Shown here piece by piece: positions 30,613 through 44,900 of a DNA stretch of 64,000 bases (positions within the stretch are counted from its first letter, which is position 1; every line of letters starts with the position of its first letter). Position numbers and translations under genes: made by a program. This DNA is from Macrostomum lignano (lineage: Eukaryota): contig NIVC01002069.1 of the NCBI GenBank assembly GCA_002269645.1, positions 124,001-188,000 of the forward strand. The letters are read 5' to 3'. The notes under the pieces were generated by a model. The model was given only the letters and a program-made list of their open reading frames with translations, was not told the DNA's origin and made no database searches.

Positions 30613-33542
30613 ATACATGGGATGCCAACCAGTTTAAACCAGTAATGAAAAAACTGGTTGTTGGCTATCTGTTTGTCTGGTTTTTGACAGTTTTTTTAAT
30701 TCCAATTAGGTGACAATTATTTGTTCAATTAGTACTTTTTATATGAAAACAATAGTACTATATCAAATAATATTTAAAAATCCAACTAACTGACAAAAAT
30801 GTCATTAACTATAGGGCAGAGAGGCAGACTTAAGGGGGCAGAGAGGTAGACTCAAAGGGCAAAGAAGCAGACTCAAGGGGGCAGAGGCAGACTCAATAAG
30901 GGGACAGAGAGGTAGACTCAAAGGGGCAAAGAGGCAGACTCAAGGGAGCAGAGGAAGACTCAATAAGGGGACAGAATGGTAGACTCAAAGGGAGACTTAA
31001 GGTGGTAGAGAGATGTAATATAAATAACAGGTTTCTATAAAAACCTTTCAATAAGCTCATCTAAGATTTTTTCAGCAACAAATATTGTTAAAAAAGGCAC
31101 ATTTTTGATAGTATGTAAATTCTATGCTAATTTTTATTCTTTTAAAAACATATAATGTATAAAAAAGACCAGTTAAAAAAAACCAGTTGACTGGTTTTTA
31201 ACTTAAAAAGACAGTTTTTGGTATCTTTACTTTAGATGAACTGCAAGATAGCTCATATATAGCTGCAACTAAGCTGTCAGTTACATATCTAGCCCACATC
31301 ATTAGAGCCCACATTATTACATATTGTGCTAATGGTGTTCTTGTATAATATGAAATCCCATCACTAGAACCAAAGTTCTAGGCAAATGGCTTTCTTTTCC
31401 TATTTTAGAAATCCCACTAATGCTATCCCAAAGTTGTAGCAAGCAGTCTTCTCTCAATTATTACTTAATCCTACATAAGGCTAATTTCTATCCTCTGAGA
31501 TGATCTTACTACCATTAATTATGTATTTTTATGAATGTACTTAATGCCTATACTTATATTTGTTGGTAGCGCATGTATTTATACTGGTAGAATTCTATGT
31601 AAACTTGGTAGTGTATGTAATTATTTATTAGCCTAGGTGATCTAATGACACTGTCTACCTTTTTCTCTATACCTATTTTATTCCTATGTTACTAAGTAGG
31701 GTTTTTCTCTCAGTCCAAGGCATTCCTAGGATCAGAGGGTCACAGCTTATTTGCTAGGTATTCTGCCCTAAGGAGAGTCTCTTAGACTCTGAGTCTAGAT
31801 TATCTACCCTTTGGTAGGTATTCTGCCTTGTAAGGCAATTTATTGCTCTAAGGCAATCTTCCTTAGACTACTAAGTAATTCTCACTTTCAGCGGATTTCT
31901 GATAGTCCCTATAGGAAAAAGTTATAAAACTGCGGACAGTGTCCAGCGCACTTTTGAAATTTTTCTAAAGCACAGTGCGCACAGACATGGCACTTACGCG
32001 TGCGCTGCCCTTTCTTACTGGCTGCTGCTCTAGCAAATACATATACATGGAAATGGGTATAATACCTCTGTGGAAGGGGCTTATACACTTTTAATTTATT
32101 AAGCTTAAGGTTGTTCCGAAAAATTCAATTCAAATTCAAAATTTGCAATTTTTAAGAGCAAATTTCAATTTCAAAAAAATTTAAACTTCTAAATTTTTAT
32201 AGTGTCTAAAAGTCACTAAAATAAACTAATTTCTACTACATATACATGTATTACATTTTGCAGTAAATTGAAAGTAAAAAAGTGAGTGTTGGTCATACTA
32301 AACTTTGTTGTTCTAAGTTATGATTTTAGGAAATTTCAGTTTTGATTTTGGAAAGTTAGCAAATTTTGATTTCAACAAATTGCGCTCTTTTGGAACATCT
32401 CTAATAGGCCTAATCCTAAAGCGCGGTAAAATAGTTTTACTCTTTTCTAAAGTGCAAGTCTGCGGGTTTTCAACATTTATTCCAATAGGGCTGATAGTGA
32501 TAGTGATACTCCCAAATTGAGGCTCTTAAAATAAACAAGTCCTTTAAGTACTGCCAATAGCAATTTTATATGCAAATGATTGTATTAATTTGCTAGTTTA
32601 TGAAAAGGAGCGAGTCTAATGCTGGAGCTCAAGTTGCTCTTTTTGGCCCACTCTATTTCTATTTATACTAAAAAAATTTACCATTTATAACAATGATTGG
32701 TTGCAAAATATTTTTGTAATTCATAACATTCAAACAAAAAAAGTTTTTAATGCAGTTTTGAAGTAAGGCTTCCTAGGAAACATAAAACAAAATGAATAAG
32801 TAGAATTAAGAAGGTGAGCGCTATCATTTTTTATGCAATACGTTTTGCCTTGTGTCAGGCATTGTCAGGCTCTTAAAATTAGTAATGATTTATTTGTTCA
32901 TTTATATTTAACAATTAAGACTAAGAACAGGTCAAAAAAAGTCAGAAATGTATATAAATTGAGTAACATTCAGTATTATTAATGCATTATCTCAATATTT
33001 CATATACATAGGTAAATATGTTATATTACTTCAAAAGGAAATTTTTAGGCCTAACCATTGCTAAAAAACAATTTAAATTTTTATTCAATTTTTTAAAATG
33101 AAACACACACACATACACATACACACATAAAAACATTGCTAGAGTTTAAGTATATTGAGAGATATTAGTTTTGTACTATTTTCTGAGAAAAAAAAGATAA
33201 TAGTTTATTACATCAAAAGCTCTAGAAAAACATTAGATCACAAGAAATAATAGAATGATAAAGCTTTTGCAGGCTTTTGCAGCTATATTCTGATCCTTAT
33301 GTTAGGCCCTATTGGAATTTGTATGTTTGGCCTATCATAATATCATAATAAATTTTTACAGTTATATTGGAGAATAAAAACAAACTACTTACAACTTATA
33401 AATTTCAATTAGACTGTTTTCTTAATTACTTTCACCTTTGGGGTCTGAAAAAGGAAAAGGGAAATTATTATTGTTAAATTATTTATATCCTTTAGTAGTA
33501 GGCCCCCTAATAGAAACTCCTATGGGAGTTGGGCATACATGC

Positions 33543-33692
33543 GCAACCTTGGAAATCACCCGGCCGTTTCTATTGGCAACACACACATGTAAGTCGCTAT
33601 TGGCTGAGAGCAATCACGTGACTACTATTCCGTCCAATAGCAACTTACATGTGTGTTGCCAATAGAAATGGCCAAGTAAATCCCTAGGTTGC
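33543..33692. other. ~150-bp imperfect inverted repeat (hairpin / MITE-like)
   Basis: Arms GGCCGTTTCTATTGGCAACACACACATGTAAGTCGCTATTGG and CCAATAGCAACTTACATGTGTGTTGCCAATAGAAATGGCC are near reverse complements, with outer GCAACC..GGTTGC. Confidence 0.8.
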
Positions 33693-34779
33693 ACCCAAAC
33701 ATGGAGTCGGGACTAGAAAAGTTTCAAAATTGAGTACAAATATCTCAAAACTTTTTTTACAAGGGCCTTTTCATATTGCTTGTTCTGGTTCCAGAACCAG
33801 AACCAAGTTGTGAAGTATAACTTTTTGTCTCCATAAATAGAGGGAGATATGTGCTATAAAGTTTTTATTACTGAATGATAATTGCCAAGAAGAAAGTGAA
33901 AAATTGTGCTAAGTGAGGTTGTTAAGGCAGTCAAACATTCAACAGAATTAAATAGTTATACTGCTGTCTTTCTTGGAAGATCCGAACTGATTCTGGAATT
34001 GGTAATATGAAAAGTCTCTAAGGCAAGTACAACTGCTGCTAGTTGTCCTAGCCAAGGCTTCTTGGCACATTGCAGCTAATATCGATTCAAGAGAAATAAT
34101 ATAATGCTGATATTATACTGATTGATATTGATAATAGGCAAGAATATGAAGATATTAGTCCTTAGGCTAGGCTTAGAATCACTTTTAATCAATGCAAGGA
34201 ATTAAAAATAAAGGCTCATTCTGTCATTCATAACATAATACAAAATAGCCAGGCCATTAACATCAACTTATACACATTTAACTCGTATGACGTATAAAAT
34301 ACAACAACTTGGATGTGCCGACAGTCGACGAATCGACGATTTTGAGGACGGGGTGACTGGGCGTGCTTTTCTGGTGGTCACGGATTTTTCGGGCGGGCCG
34401 CGTACTGCTTTTCGGGCCGTTCAAATCGGCGCGGTTCCTGATCATTCGAACCAAACTCGGCGAAAAATCCGGGTGCAGAATAAAGGGGAGCTCCGGCTGC
34501 TGAGTTCCTTAGGCTCAGGGGGGGGGGGGTTGCTGTGGTCGCGGCTGAGTGGTCTAGTTGTTGCCGTCTATCAGAATGCCGAATGCAGCGATAAATTAAT
34601 AAAGCTTTAGTTAATCAACGATCTTAATAACCAAGAGCAACCACAACTTCCACCTACCAGTTTACAACCAAAGGTAGCATTTGGTTTGTCAAGTTGCTGT
34701 ATTTGACTATTTTTCGAATATTCATTATTATACTACTATTATACTATTATAAATTACACTACATCAGTCGTGGGTATCG

Positions 34780-35022
34780 GTAATTCACGGCCCGGCCCGG
34801 CCCGGGCGGCCCCTATTTAGCCAATGTAAATTCATTTTAGTAAATAAGTAAAACAAAAAATACTGAACAGAATGCCGCATATTTTTCGAGTCAATTGTGA
34901 GTTTACTACGTTTTAAAATATTGATTGTCAATTTAATGAACTTCTGATGCTCTATTTTCTAAATTAAGTTAAAAACTAAAGTAACAACGCCGCGGCCCTG
35001 GGCCGGGCCGGGCCGCGAAATA
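34780..35022. mobile_element. Probable MITE with GC-rich TIRs
   Basis: TAATTCACGGCCCGGCCCGGCCCGGG vs CCTGGGCCGGGCCGGGCCGCGAAATA around an AT-rich core. No TSD resolved. Confidence 0.5.
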
Positions 35023-35925
35023 CCATGCAACACGGCCATCCAGTCATATCTTTAATCGAAGATGTACGTTTATACCCCAGGAATGTATCCAGGAAGGATA
35101 CATTGTACTCGTGCAAGTAGCAAATCACCGTGGCAAAAATTTCTCTCTGTACAGAAGTAAAAATAAGTATACATGTACACATGTATGTACTGTATACATA
35201 AAAAACTAACGTCGTCAGAGGCCAAATATGAGTAGGAGTTTTTTATATGTGTATCATTTAGTGCTTGTCGAAGCAACAATGTAATGCAGGCGTAAATAGG
35301 CTTTATTTTACCTGGCGTAGATAAAACTGACGACTGTAGCAAAATTGAGACCATAATGTATGATAAAAAGCTACACATTTCTATGCAAAGTATACAATTG
35401 CAATATTAGACTCAGTTCAGATCAGATCCAGAAAATCACATATATACTTAATAAATCAATTTAACAAATATGAGCGTATGGTAAACAGAAAAGACTCGGC
35501 TCAAATTCAGATTACGATGGCGAGAAGTACTTCATACCCTGTAAAGTTAATGTGCATCTACGAGCGGACATGCCGAGTATAAAAAGGTTGGAAAATCGAT
35601 AATTTAGCAAAATAAAACATTTCAAATGATATTGGGTACGCGTTTACTGCAATATCATTTACAATTGTATGGTTGACAAACAAATAATAGACAGCTAGCT
35701 TTGTGACACATCAGATAAATTAATAATAATAAGCACAATTACGAATTTATATGCAATCACAATATCATCTGAATAAGTGCATAGCATATGCACTGTTTAT
35801 ATATTGTAACAAACTTAGTAATGCACAAATATGAATTAAAAAACTGTATTTTCGTTGTTTTTGTATAAAAATAGCGGGTCAATCAGGCAGTCATTTAAAA
35901 TACCGGGTCGTTCCCTAAAAAAAGT

Positions 35926-38900
35926 TCAAATTTCCACATTAGTCGGCTTGCGGCATTGCGGACAGTCCAGGCACACCTGGCACTCGGTGAGATCCTTCAG
36001 CTTTGGGTGCAGGTGAAACAGGCTGATCTGCTGGTCTGCAAAGATTGTGTGCGTTTGTGCCCACTATTTATTTTCCATAATAATTTACAAGTTTACAAGA
36101 AGAAACTTCTCAAGGTCAAAGCTCGTACTCGTATATTTGCAAGTAACATGCAGTCATTCAAAGCTTTATAAATCTTTTAAAAAGTTGTCATTTCTCACAC
36201 AAGATCAACAGAATCATAAATTTAAAAAAATGCTTTTACCTGGCTTATAGTAATTCTTAGCGGTGATGCGCTGCGGACTTAAACGCATAACGGGGATCTC
36301 ACGAACCCACCTGACTGACAGGCAAATCTCTGATGTCAACTGAAAACATTAAATGATTACGTCGAGTTAGGTTCAGTAGGTCAGTTACAATCTGCTATGC
36401 ACACAAAACTACGCCAATTGGTTCGATCTAGTGCGCAGGCAACATTAATTTGAGGCGTCTAGCCATAGCTATGCACAGAAATTGGCTCCATGAGGAAGGG
36501 TCGAGTCAGGAGCAGTTGAATGTGCTCAGGAGTCAGCAGAATTTGGGCAGAATTGCCTCAACGCTGGAACTGAATTCTGAGATCAAGGAACATAGAACCC
36601 AACGTTTTTGAACAAAAAGCTTTACAAATATCAAAAGAGCTATAAGAAAGGCACAACATATCAAAAGAAGAACACCGGGTCTGCCTCCTATGGAAAGCAA
36701 TAACAATTTTTGTGTTAAAAAATGAAAACTTCCTATCTCCGTAGTGTATTTTTCCGGAAAAAACTGCCTCCTATATTTGTCCAAGAAACGAGGCTTCCCG
36801 TCCTTCTACTAGAGTAGTCCTTGCCTGAGAAATTATCAGCTGCCAATGCTGCCAATAACGCACACAACTCATTAATCTCACCTCGCTCAAATAGAACACT
36901 AGTTCGTCGGACTCCGACTCCACCCTGGCAACAGATCCGCCAACGGGCGTGTGCTCGTCCACAGCAAATCCGCTGGGATGACTCAGCGAAACAATGTACA
37001 TGCCAGGCCCATTATTGGCCGTGGCGCAGACGGCCACCTCAACCGAGGAGCCGTCAGCCGGAGCGAATCCGCCCAGCGGCCAATTATCGGCTAAACGAAG
37101 TCCGACTCCGCCGCGTCGGGTCCAATCGGCTGCAATCCAACCCACCGGCGAGTCCAACAAATTATAGGCGTAGGCAACCGTTACCAAGGCAACGCCGGAG
37201 CCTGTGCCGCTCACAAAAACTTCTCCGTCGAGTGCTCGAGCGGCTTGGCCGCGGCCGATCTCCCGCTGCTGCAGCAAAGAGCGATTAGCTGGGCCAAGAC
37301 CGAACCGAAGCGGCTCTGGCTGGCCGGGCCAGGTCACCTGGAAATTTAATGGGTAATTTTGAAGGGGAAACTTGAATTGCCAGCGAGAGTTCAGGGGCGC
37401 ATCGAGAAGAGAAAATGAGAGAAGAGAACAAGGGCGCCAGAGAGAAGAGATCAGGGGCGCCAGAGAGAAGAGATCAGGGGCGCCAGAGAGAAGAGATCAG
37501 GGGCGCCAGAGAGAAGAGATCAGGGGCGCCAGAGAGAAGAGAACAGGGGCGCCAGAGAGAAGAGAAAATGAGAGAAGAGAACAGGGGCGCCAGAGAGAAG
37601 AGAACAGGGGCGCCAGAGAGAAGAGAACAGGGGCGCCAGAGAGAAGAGAACAGGGGCGCCAGAGAGAAGAGATCAGGGGCGCCAGAGAGAAGAGAACAGG
37701 GGCGCCAGAGAGAAGAGAACAGGGGCGCATCGAGAAGAGAAAATGAGAGAAGAGAACAGGGCGCCAGAGAGAAGAGAACAGGGGCGCCAGAGAGAAGAGA
37801 TCAGGGGCGCCAGAGAGAAGAGAACAAGGGCACCAGAGACAAGAGATCAGGGGCGCCAGAGAGAAGAGAACAGGGGCGCCAGAGAGAAGAGATCAGGGGC
37901 GCCAGAGAGAAGAGAACAGGGGCGCCAGCAAGAAGAGAACAGAGGCGCCAGAGAAAGGAGAACAGGGGCGCCAGAGAGAAGAGAACAGGGGCGCCAGAGA
38001 GAAGAGATCAGGGGCGCCAGAGAGAAGAGAACAGGGGCGCCAGAGAGAAGAGAACAGGGGCGCCAGCAAGAAGAGAACAGAGGCGCCAGAGAAAGGAGAA
38101 CAGGGGCGCCAGAGAGAAGAGAACAGGGGCGCCAGAGAGAAGAGATCAGGGGCGCCAGAGAGAAGAGAACAGGGGCGCCAGAGAGAAGAGAACAGGGGCG
38201 CCAGCAGAAGAGAACAGAGGCGCCAGAGAAAGGAGAACAGGGGCGCCAGAGAGAAGAGAACAGGGGCGCCAGAGAGAAGAGATCAGGGGTGGCAGAGAGA
38301 AGAGATCAGGGGCGCCAGAGAGAAGAGAACAGGGGCACCAGAGAGAAGAGAAAATGAGAGAAGAGGACAGGGGCGCCAGTGAGAAGAGATCAGGGGCGCA
38401 TCGAGAGAAAATGAGAGAAGAGATCAGGGGCGCCAGAGAGAAGAGATCAAAAGTGGCAGAGAGAATAGATCAGGGGTGGCAGAGAGAAGAGATCAGGGGC
38501 GCCAGAGAGAAGAGAAAATGAGAGAAGAGATCAGGGGCGCCAGAGAGAAGAGAAAATGAGAGAAGAGAACAGGGGCGCCAGAGAGAAGAGAACAGGGGCG
38601 CCAGCAAGAAGAGAACAGGGGCGCCAGAGAGAAGAGGACAGCGGCGCCAGCAAGAAGAGAACAGAGGCGCCAGAGAAAGGAGAACAGGGGCGCCAGAGAG
38701 AAGAGATCAGGGGCGCCAGAGAGAAGAGATCAGGGGCGCCAGAGAGAAGAAAACGGTGGGACGCCAGTAGGAGGCCAGGGGTGCTATAGTTTGCCCCTAG
38801 ACGCCCCTTTACGCCCCAAGACCCTTAACAGCCATCCTCACAGTCACGCTGCCGACGCCGTCCCCGCCAGGGTGGCTCCTAGCGAACTGGGCCATAGCCT

Positions 38901-41900
38901 GAAGGCCAACCACCGTGTCCTGAGTCGAATGAAATCCGCCCAAATCGCCCTGTCGACCGCTTAGCCAGCGCAGCGCCGGGGCCGCCGTCTGAAAATCGGC
39001 CCTCGCCAGAGCAGTCAAAAGCGCGTAGCTGGTCGTCTCAACAGAGCCGTCTGCGTCGCCGCTTCCGGGCCAGTAGCGTTTGATTCCTCCGTCGAGGGCT
39101 CGCGAAGCCTCATAGAGATGCAGCCATAGGAAACTGGCCAGTTTAGCACCTTCAGGTCCGCCGGCGCCGCCCAAATCGTCGTCGATTGCCAATCGGGCGG
39201 CGTAGGCGGCCACGGCGAGGTCGCTTGGCCGGAAGTCGGCCGGCCTGGCCCGATAGTCGTCGTAGACGAAGCGAAGACCGGAGCGCAAAGCGGAAGCGAG
39301 GCGCGAGTGGGGGCCGACGGCCTGCTGCGAGCAGCTCAGGTCCGGATGACGGCGGCAGGACTGCGTAAACGAATTTTTGTTTTGGCACATTCGATTCGTA
39401 CTGAGCGTGTCAGTGTGACTCATCATTAAGTTTTTATTTTTATCATCAGTTCGCTGACTCACCAAGAATGAGTAATCACTAAGTTTCTATTTTTAGCATC
39501 AGTTTGCTGACTCACCAAGAATAACTCATCATTAAGTTTCTATTTTTAGCATCAGTTCGCTGAATCACTAAGAATGACTAATTAAGCTTCTATTTTTAGC
39601 AACACTGAAAGCAACCAGCCCAGCGACTCACCCGGATGACGCGCACAAGCGAGGCGCACACGTAGGCGGTGAGGCCGGCCGCTCCGCTTGCCCCGGCGCC
39701 CTGCATGTCGGCGTGGATGACCCGGCCTGCTTCAGCGAAGCTGCCGTCCGGCTGCTGCTTGGAGAGCAAAAAGTCAAGAGACGGGCCGGCAAGAGCCTGT
39801 GGATCCATGGGGATGAAGGCGGCTGCCTGGGCGTAGATTGACAGCACGAATGCCGTTAGCCAAGTACTGCCAGCAGGGTCATTGTTGCCGAATGCGCTGT
39901 AGGACCCGTCTGTTCGCCTGTAGGAAAGGCAACGAGAGGAATTAGGTTAGGTAGTTGGTACATACTAAGTCGACAGTCCACTCGCAGCCGTTACTACTCC
40001 AGACTCAAACCCACCTGTAAGTGAGCTCTCTCTGGTAGCCAGTCTTCATAATTCTCACGGCCTTGGCCACAGTGTCCGGTGTGGCCTCTCGCGGTCCGAG
40101 ACAGTCAAGAACGAACACGGCCGGAGCGAAGTTGATCATGTTCTGCTCGCCGCAGCCGTACGGCATTCGAAGCAGGCGCTCCAGGTTTGTGACAGACGCG
40201 CCAAGCACCGTGCCGGTGACCTGGCGGGGTGGCAATTCTGTTTTCTAAGTCACTGCTCAATGAGATCTAGCTTTGAGAATAGAGGGCTGAGAATAGAGGT
40301 GTGATGCTGCGTTGGAATATCTCAAACTATTCAAACTAGACTTTTGACAAACTATATGTAGACTATTCGCAAACTAGACTATTCGCAAACTAGACTATTA
40401 ACAAACAAAGACTATTCACAAACAAAGATTATTCACAAACTAGATTATTCACAAACGAGACCATACACAAACTAGATTATTCACAGACGAGACTATTCAC
40501 ATACGAGACTATTCACAAACTATATTATTCACAAACTAGACTATTTACAAACTAAATTATTCACAAACTAGACTATTAACAAACTAGACTATTCACAGAC
40601 TAGACTATTAACAAACAAAAACTATTCACAAACTAGTTTATCCACAAACTAGACTACTCACGAACGAGACTGGTCACCAATTAAACTGTTCACAAAGTAG
40701 ACTAGACTATGTAGTCAAATCATCTTTTCTTAGGTAACTATGAAATTAACATTCTAATAACAAATCCATGTATTTAGCCTCCAAAAACTTCGATAGTCTT
40801 TCTGCCATTTACTTGTTTGGCAGACCAAATTGTATATCTTACCGCACTGTACCTATCTTCATCTCACAAATATATTTGTTTTAGTTCTTTTAGTTCTAAA
40901 CAGTTTAAATTCTATTTTTACGCGCTGGCGAGAATTTATCTGGGCACACGCAAATAGTACTGTCCGAAGAGTAGTCACACGTATCGACACTGTGAAGTAT
41001 AGAGCTTGAACAAAACTTTGGTTTCACGCTAAACTCTATACTTTCTACTGATCAGTAGACAAATTCGAACAGCTGCTTTCGCTTTTACCTGCACTCTGGC
41101 GTACTCAGAGTCATTAACCAGCCTTTTGCCGCCAATCCATCTCAGGTTGGTGGGAAAGTTGACGGCCAGCCGGGCTGAAGCGGCCGCCCCGGCGGTCAGG
41201 TTCAACAGCGCCGTGGCCACCCGACGCTGGGTGGCACCTTCGGCTTCAACGCGAACCAGACGTACAACGGAGTCGCCAATGTTGTCAAGCGGAACCAGGC
41301 TCACTGCTTGTAGTGCCAGGCGCATTGCTGGCAGTCGGATTGGCTCCACTGGGAACACGACAAGGCTGGAGCTGCCAGCTGGCACCGTGGAGTTGCGGGT
41401 GAAACCCTCACTGCCTGCATTGTGGTGTTTGCGCAAATTCTTGGCTTCAAGTACATTGTTAGGGGGCTGAGTGTACATGCCTGACGATTAGAAAGTCAAT
41501 GGGTCGCTGTACACCCTGTGTGAGCGCGTGTGTGAGTGCGCGCCTGCGCACAGTATTACAGTATCAGGAGTCAGCCGAAGGCGTTGCCCCAAAATATGTA
41601 TCTTTTGTAGGTACATAGTTCAAGTCGGTGTATTCGTGCGGGGTACTAAAGTAAAATTAATGAGTAACTATCCCTGTAGTTTGATTAGTTAATGCCTTGT
41701 CATCTAATGAGTGTCTTGTTTTTTTTAATAAAAAATAATCGCATACCCACAACCAACTCATTTTTAGTATATAGGACTAGCAATCTAGTGCCCCTCTTCA
41801 GGGCGGCCAATGAGCAAGGGACGAAAATTATTCCTTTCTTAAAAGCATTCCTTCTTCAGTTTTATAAATCACATTCTTCGAGTAAAATTGTCACACAGGA

Positions 41901-44900
41901 CAAATCTTTTAGATATAAATCTCTAAAGATAAAAACAACAAAAGAAAGCCGCATATATATAACGCCGAAATCAATCATCCCCCAATAGCAAGCATCCCCC
42001 AATAGCAAGCATCCCCCAATATCAAGCATTCCCCAATAGTAAGCATCCCCCAATAGCAAGCATCCCCCAATAGCAAGCATCCCCCAATAGCAAGCATTCC
42101 CCAATAGCAAGCATTCCCCAATAGCAAGCATTCTTCAATAGCAAGCATCCCCCAATATCAAGCATTCCCCAATAGTACCAGTAAGCATCCCCCAATAGCA
42201 AGCATCCCCCAATATCAAGCATTCCCCAATAGTAAGCATCCCCCAAAAGCAAGCATCCCCCAAAATCAAGCATTCCCCAATAGTACCAGTAAGCATCCCC
42301 CAATAGCAAGCATTCCCCAATAGCAAGCATCCCCCAATATCAAGCATTCTTCAATAGCAAGCATCCCCCAATAGCAAGCATCCCCCAATAGCAAGCATCC
42401 CCCAATAGCAAGCATCCCCCAATAGCAAGCATCCCCCAATAGCAAGCATCCCCCAATAGCAAGCATCCCCCAATAGCAAGCATCCCCCAATAGCAAGCAT
42501 CCCCCAATAGCAAGCATCCCCCAATATCAAGCATCCCCCAATATCAAGCATTCCCCAATAGTACCAGTAAGCATCCCCCAATAGCAAGCATCCCCCAATA
42601 TCAAGCATTCCCCAATAGTAAGCATCCCCCAATAGCAAGCATCCCCCAATATCAAGCATTCCCCAATAGTACCAGTAAGCATCCCCCAATAGCAAGCATT
42701 CCCCAATATCAAGCATTCCCCAATAGTAAGCATCCCCCAATAGCAAGCATCCCCCAATATCAAGCATTACCCAATAGCAAGCATTCTCCAATAGCAAGCA
42801 TTCCCCAATAGCAAGCATCCCCCAATATCAAGCATTCCCCAATAGCAAGCACCCCCCAATAGCAAACAGCAACCACACCAACCTAACAAATGCAGACTGG
42901 AGTCGTTAGCCAGTGTGACGGAGACGCTCAGGTTAGCCTGGCCATAGTTAAATAGCAGCACTTTTAGCAGGAATTTTTCGCCGCGAACAATAGCATAGGG
43001 CAGCACGGGGCGGATGAAAAATGACCGCCTGCTGACAATGTTCAGCGGACTTCGGCTCGCCTGCGGAATTAAACAATTGAGTGGCGATGCTTTAAAGACA
43101 AGACAATAAGTTTGAATCTTTAGAAGTCTAACATACAGTAGTCTAATTGGCTTTTCCCTCACGATGAGACGTCTATCAAAAGACCTAAATTTCACATTGC
43201 TTAAAAGAATTAAGCATCACTTTCATTAGGACCTAAGCTTCACAAGACCTAAAAAAGACCTAAACGTAACAAGACCTAAACTTTACAAGACCTAAACTTT
43301 ACAAAACGTAAGCTTCACAAGTCCTAAACTTCACATTAATTAAACTTTACAAGACCTAAAGTTCACAAGACCTAAACTTCACAAGACCTAAACTTCACTA
43401 AACCGAAGCTTTACAAGACCTAAACTTCACAAGACCTAAACTTCACTAAACCGAAGCTTTACAAGACCTAAACTTTACAAGACCTAAACTTCACAAGACC
43501 TAAACTTCACTAACCGAAGCTTTACAAGACCTAAACTTTACAAGACCTAAACTTCACAAGACCTAAACTTCACTAACTGAAGCTTTACAAGACCTAAACT
43601 TCACGAGAATTTCACAAGATCTCAACTTTACAAGGCTTAAACTTCATGAGACCTAAACTTCACAAGACCTAAACTTCATTAGATTTAAATTTCAGGAGAC
43701 CTAAACTTCATTAGATCTTAACTTCTAGACAATGTGATATTTAAATCTTATGTAATCCGCCACACCTTACGGTGGCTGTGTGAAGATGAGACACAGGAGG
43801 TGCCTTGAGTTTGAGAGAGTTGTTGAACTAACCGCGGCAAACTCTGCTTAACTTGAAAGGGCCACCACAGCGAATAAAAGATAACAATTGTTAAAACCCT
43901 ATAATTAAAAGTTTGACTTAAATTTCGGCAATCGCTACTCATAGTAGCTAATATGAAATACCTGCAGCGGCTTGTCGGCACTCAAAGAGAATCCGGTGAT
44001 GTCCCAGGAGGTGATGGTGTCTGGTAGGGTTACAGGATGACTAGCGGAACCATTAGCACTGAAATTCACATTGGATAGTAAAATCGTATATGACATACAG
44101 TCGGCACTGGCAAAACTCACTAATTTAAAATTAAAAAACACCTAGATTTCACAAACCCTAGATTTAACGAACCCCTAGCCCCTACAGACACCTAGCTATC
44201 ACAGACCCAAGATTTTTCAAAGCCCCTAGATTTCACAAATCCCTAGATTTCACAAATCCCTAAATTTCAAAAATCTCTAGATTTCACAAATCCCTAGATT
44301 TTACAAACCCCTAGATTTCACAAATTCCTAAATTTCACAAATCCCTAGATTTCACAAATCCCTAGATTTTACAAACCCCAAGATTTCACAAATTCCTAAA
44401 TTTCACAAATCCCTAGATTTCACAAAGCCCTAAATTTAATAGAACCTTAGACTTCACAGATCCCTAGATTTCACAAACCCCTAGATTTCACAAACCCCTA
44501 GATTTCACAGACCCCTAGATTTCACGGACCCCCTAGATTTCCCAAACCCACGGATTTCTCGGAAACCCCTAGATTTCACAAACCCCTAGATTTCACAGAC
44601 CCCTAGATTTCACAGATCCCTAGATTTCATAAAACCTTAGATTTCACAAACACCTAGATTTCACGGACCCCTAGATTTCACAAACCCCTACATTTCACAA
44701 ACCCCTAGATTTCCCAAACCCCAGGATTTCTCGGAAACCCCTAGATTTCACAAACCCCTAGATTTCACAGACCCCTAGATTTCACAGACCCCTAGATTTC
44801 ACAGATCCCTAGATTTCACAGATCCCTAGATTTCCCAAACCCCTCGATTTTACAGACATGTAGATTTCACTTCAGATTTCACTTCAGATTAGCATCAACT

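Noticed and set aside
34287-34610. GC-rich ORF, possibly the RUNDC3 promoter or 5'UTR exon
   Set aside because: The ORF has no recognisable homology and no clear donor site; a promoter role cannot be shown from sequence alone.
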